Source of the DNA: Lama guanicoe
Taxonomy: Eukaryota
DNA length: 64,000 nt
Assembly (NCBI GenBank): GCA_013239625.1
Contig: MU053216.1
Location: 622,001-686,000, forward strand
Direction of reading: 5' to 3'
The notes under the pieces are model-generated. The model was not told where the DNA came from. It did not search any database and was given only the letters and a program-made list of their open reading frames with translations. Positions 63,201-64,000 of this stretch are shown here, in pieces. A program made the translations under genes and the position numbers. The first letter of the stretch is position 1; the number at the start of each line of letters is the position of its first letter.

Positions 63201-64000
63201 ACCCGCCCCCCGCCCCAGAGGTGGGGTGAGCAGCAGGGACACCTACTGGCCCCAGGGCACCACTGGCTGAAGTCCTTGGGCTCCCACAACAGTCCTGCAA
63301 GGGAAGTGCCCACAGGGGGCCCTTTCCTGGAAAACAGTCCAGTTCGCTTCATATTCTGGTTCCTACTTGTGAGACCACCAACCGAAAGAGACATTCTGTA
63401 GCTATTCAGAAAGGGCACTGGGTGTGGGCCCGACCGAAAGGAGCCGGCTCTCCCTTCTTCCCCGTGTTTCATCCTCATTCACCTTTGAATCCACAACAGA
63501 CTAAACTCCTAAGTAGGGGACCGCCCTCAGAGACGCCTGACTGGACACCACCCCGTCTCCGACGGTCATCTCGACAAGGCTTGCTGGAGCGCATGGGGGT
63601 CTGAGCGGCTCTACCTACTCCTCTCCGTGTCCGTGTCTTCCTTCTAAAAGGAATGGGAGGCAGAGGTGCGCAGACACCTTGCACCATGCGGACTAAACTC
63701 GTTTGTAAAGACTGCTTTACTCTCCCAGAAAAATACACGTTGCAGACCTGAGGGCTACACCTCAGCCACCGGGGAGGGTTCCTGAGGAAGCGGGCCCTCT
63801 GCACGTCAGACTGCGCGGCAATGTGGGGAGACATGTTAAATGTAGTTGGGTCAGGAGGGCTTAAAAAAAATGTTTTCCCCAATTTTTTTCTTTCTAAAAA
63901 AGGAAAACCAAGTTGCCATCTGTCTGGCTTGCCCTGTGCACACAGACACGGAGGAACAGCTTCAGGAGGGGCTGCCATGCGACGAGGCAGAACCGACGTC
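60240..64000 (-). other. Possible distal 3'UTR of IPO9
   Basis: Synteny only (IPO9 precedes SHISA4 on the same strand in human and has a long 3'UTR); minus-strand AATAAA at 60261-60266; no IPO9 coding exon seen. Confidence 0.3.
60969..61132. mobile_element. Tigger2-like non-autonomous TcMar element
   Basis: Terminal inverted repeats gagctgaccctcga ... tccaagggtcagctg; internal cacgggtctgagctgcgcgggtccac; TA on the left flank. Confidence 0.75.

Overview
Mammalian genomic DNA, not prokaryotic. It is very GC/CpG-rich, and the Vic-1-like tRNA-derived SINEs point to a camelid. Gene content and order match human 1q32.1 in reverse orientation. TIMM17A (- strand) has 6 coding exons between 4938 and 13939 and encodes 171 aa. 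LMOD1 (+ strand) has 3 coding exons between 18145 and 45962 and encodes 575 aa if spliced like its orthologues. SHISA4 (- strand) has 5 coding exons between 50760 and 53084 and encodes 197 aa. The right end may be IPO9 3'UTR, inferred from synteny only. I traced exon boundaries by hand: all are GT-AG and phase-consistent except one. The LMOD1 intron 2 donor reads AAG|TTAAGT rather than AAG|GTAAGT, which is the most notable observation (natural TT donor, shifted-register GTTAAGT donor, intron readthrough, or base-call error). Other points are a strong AT-to-GC substitution signature in transposons and proteins, an orphan CpG island in the LMOD1 3' region, and a candidate upstream spliced mini-exon that would join LMOD1 exon 2 in frame. 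There is also a Z-DNA/NRF1-like repeat between the divergent promoters, several VNTRs and two assembly gaps. Repeat-family names and human comparisons are from memory of consensus and orthologue sequences, not from searches. Nearly all ORFs in the supplied track are chance products of high GC. I found no convincing wholly new biological system.
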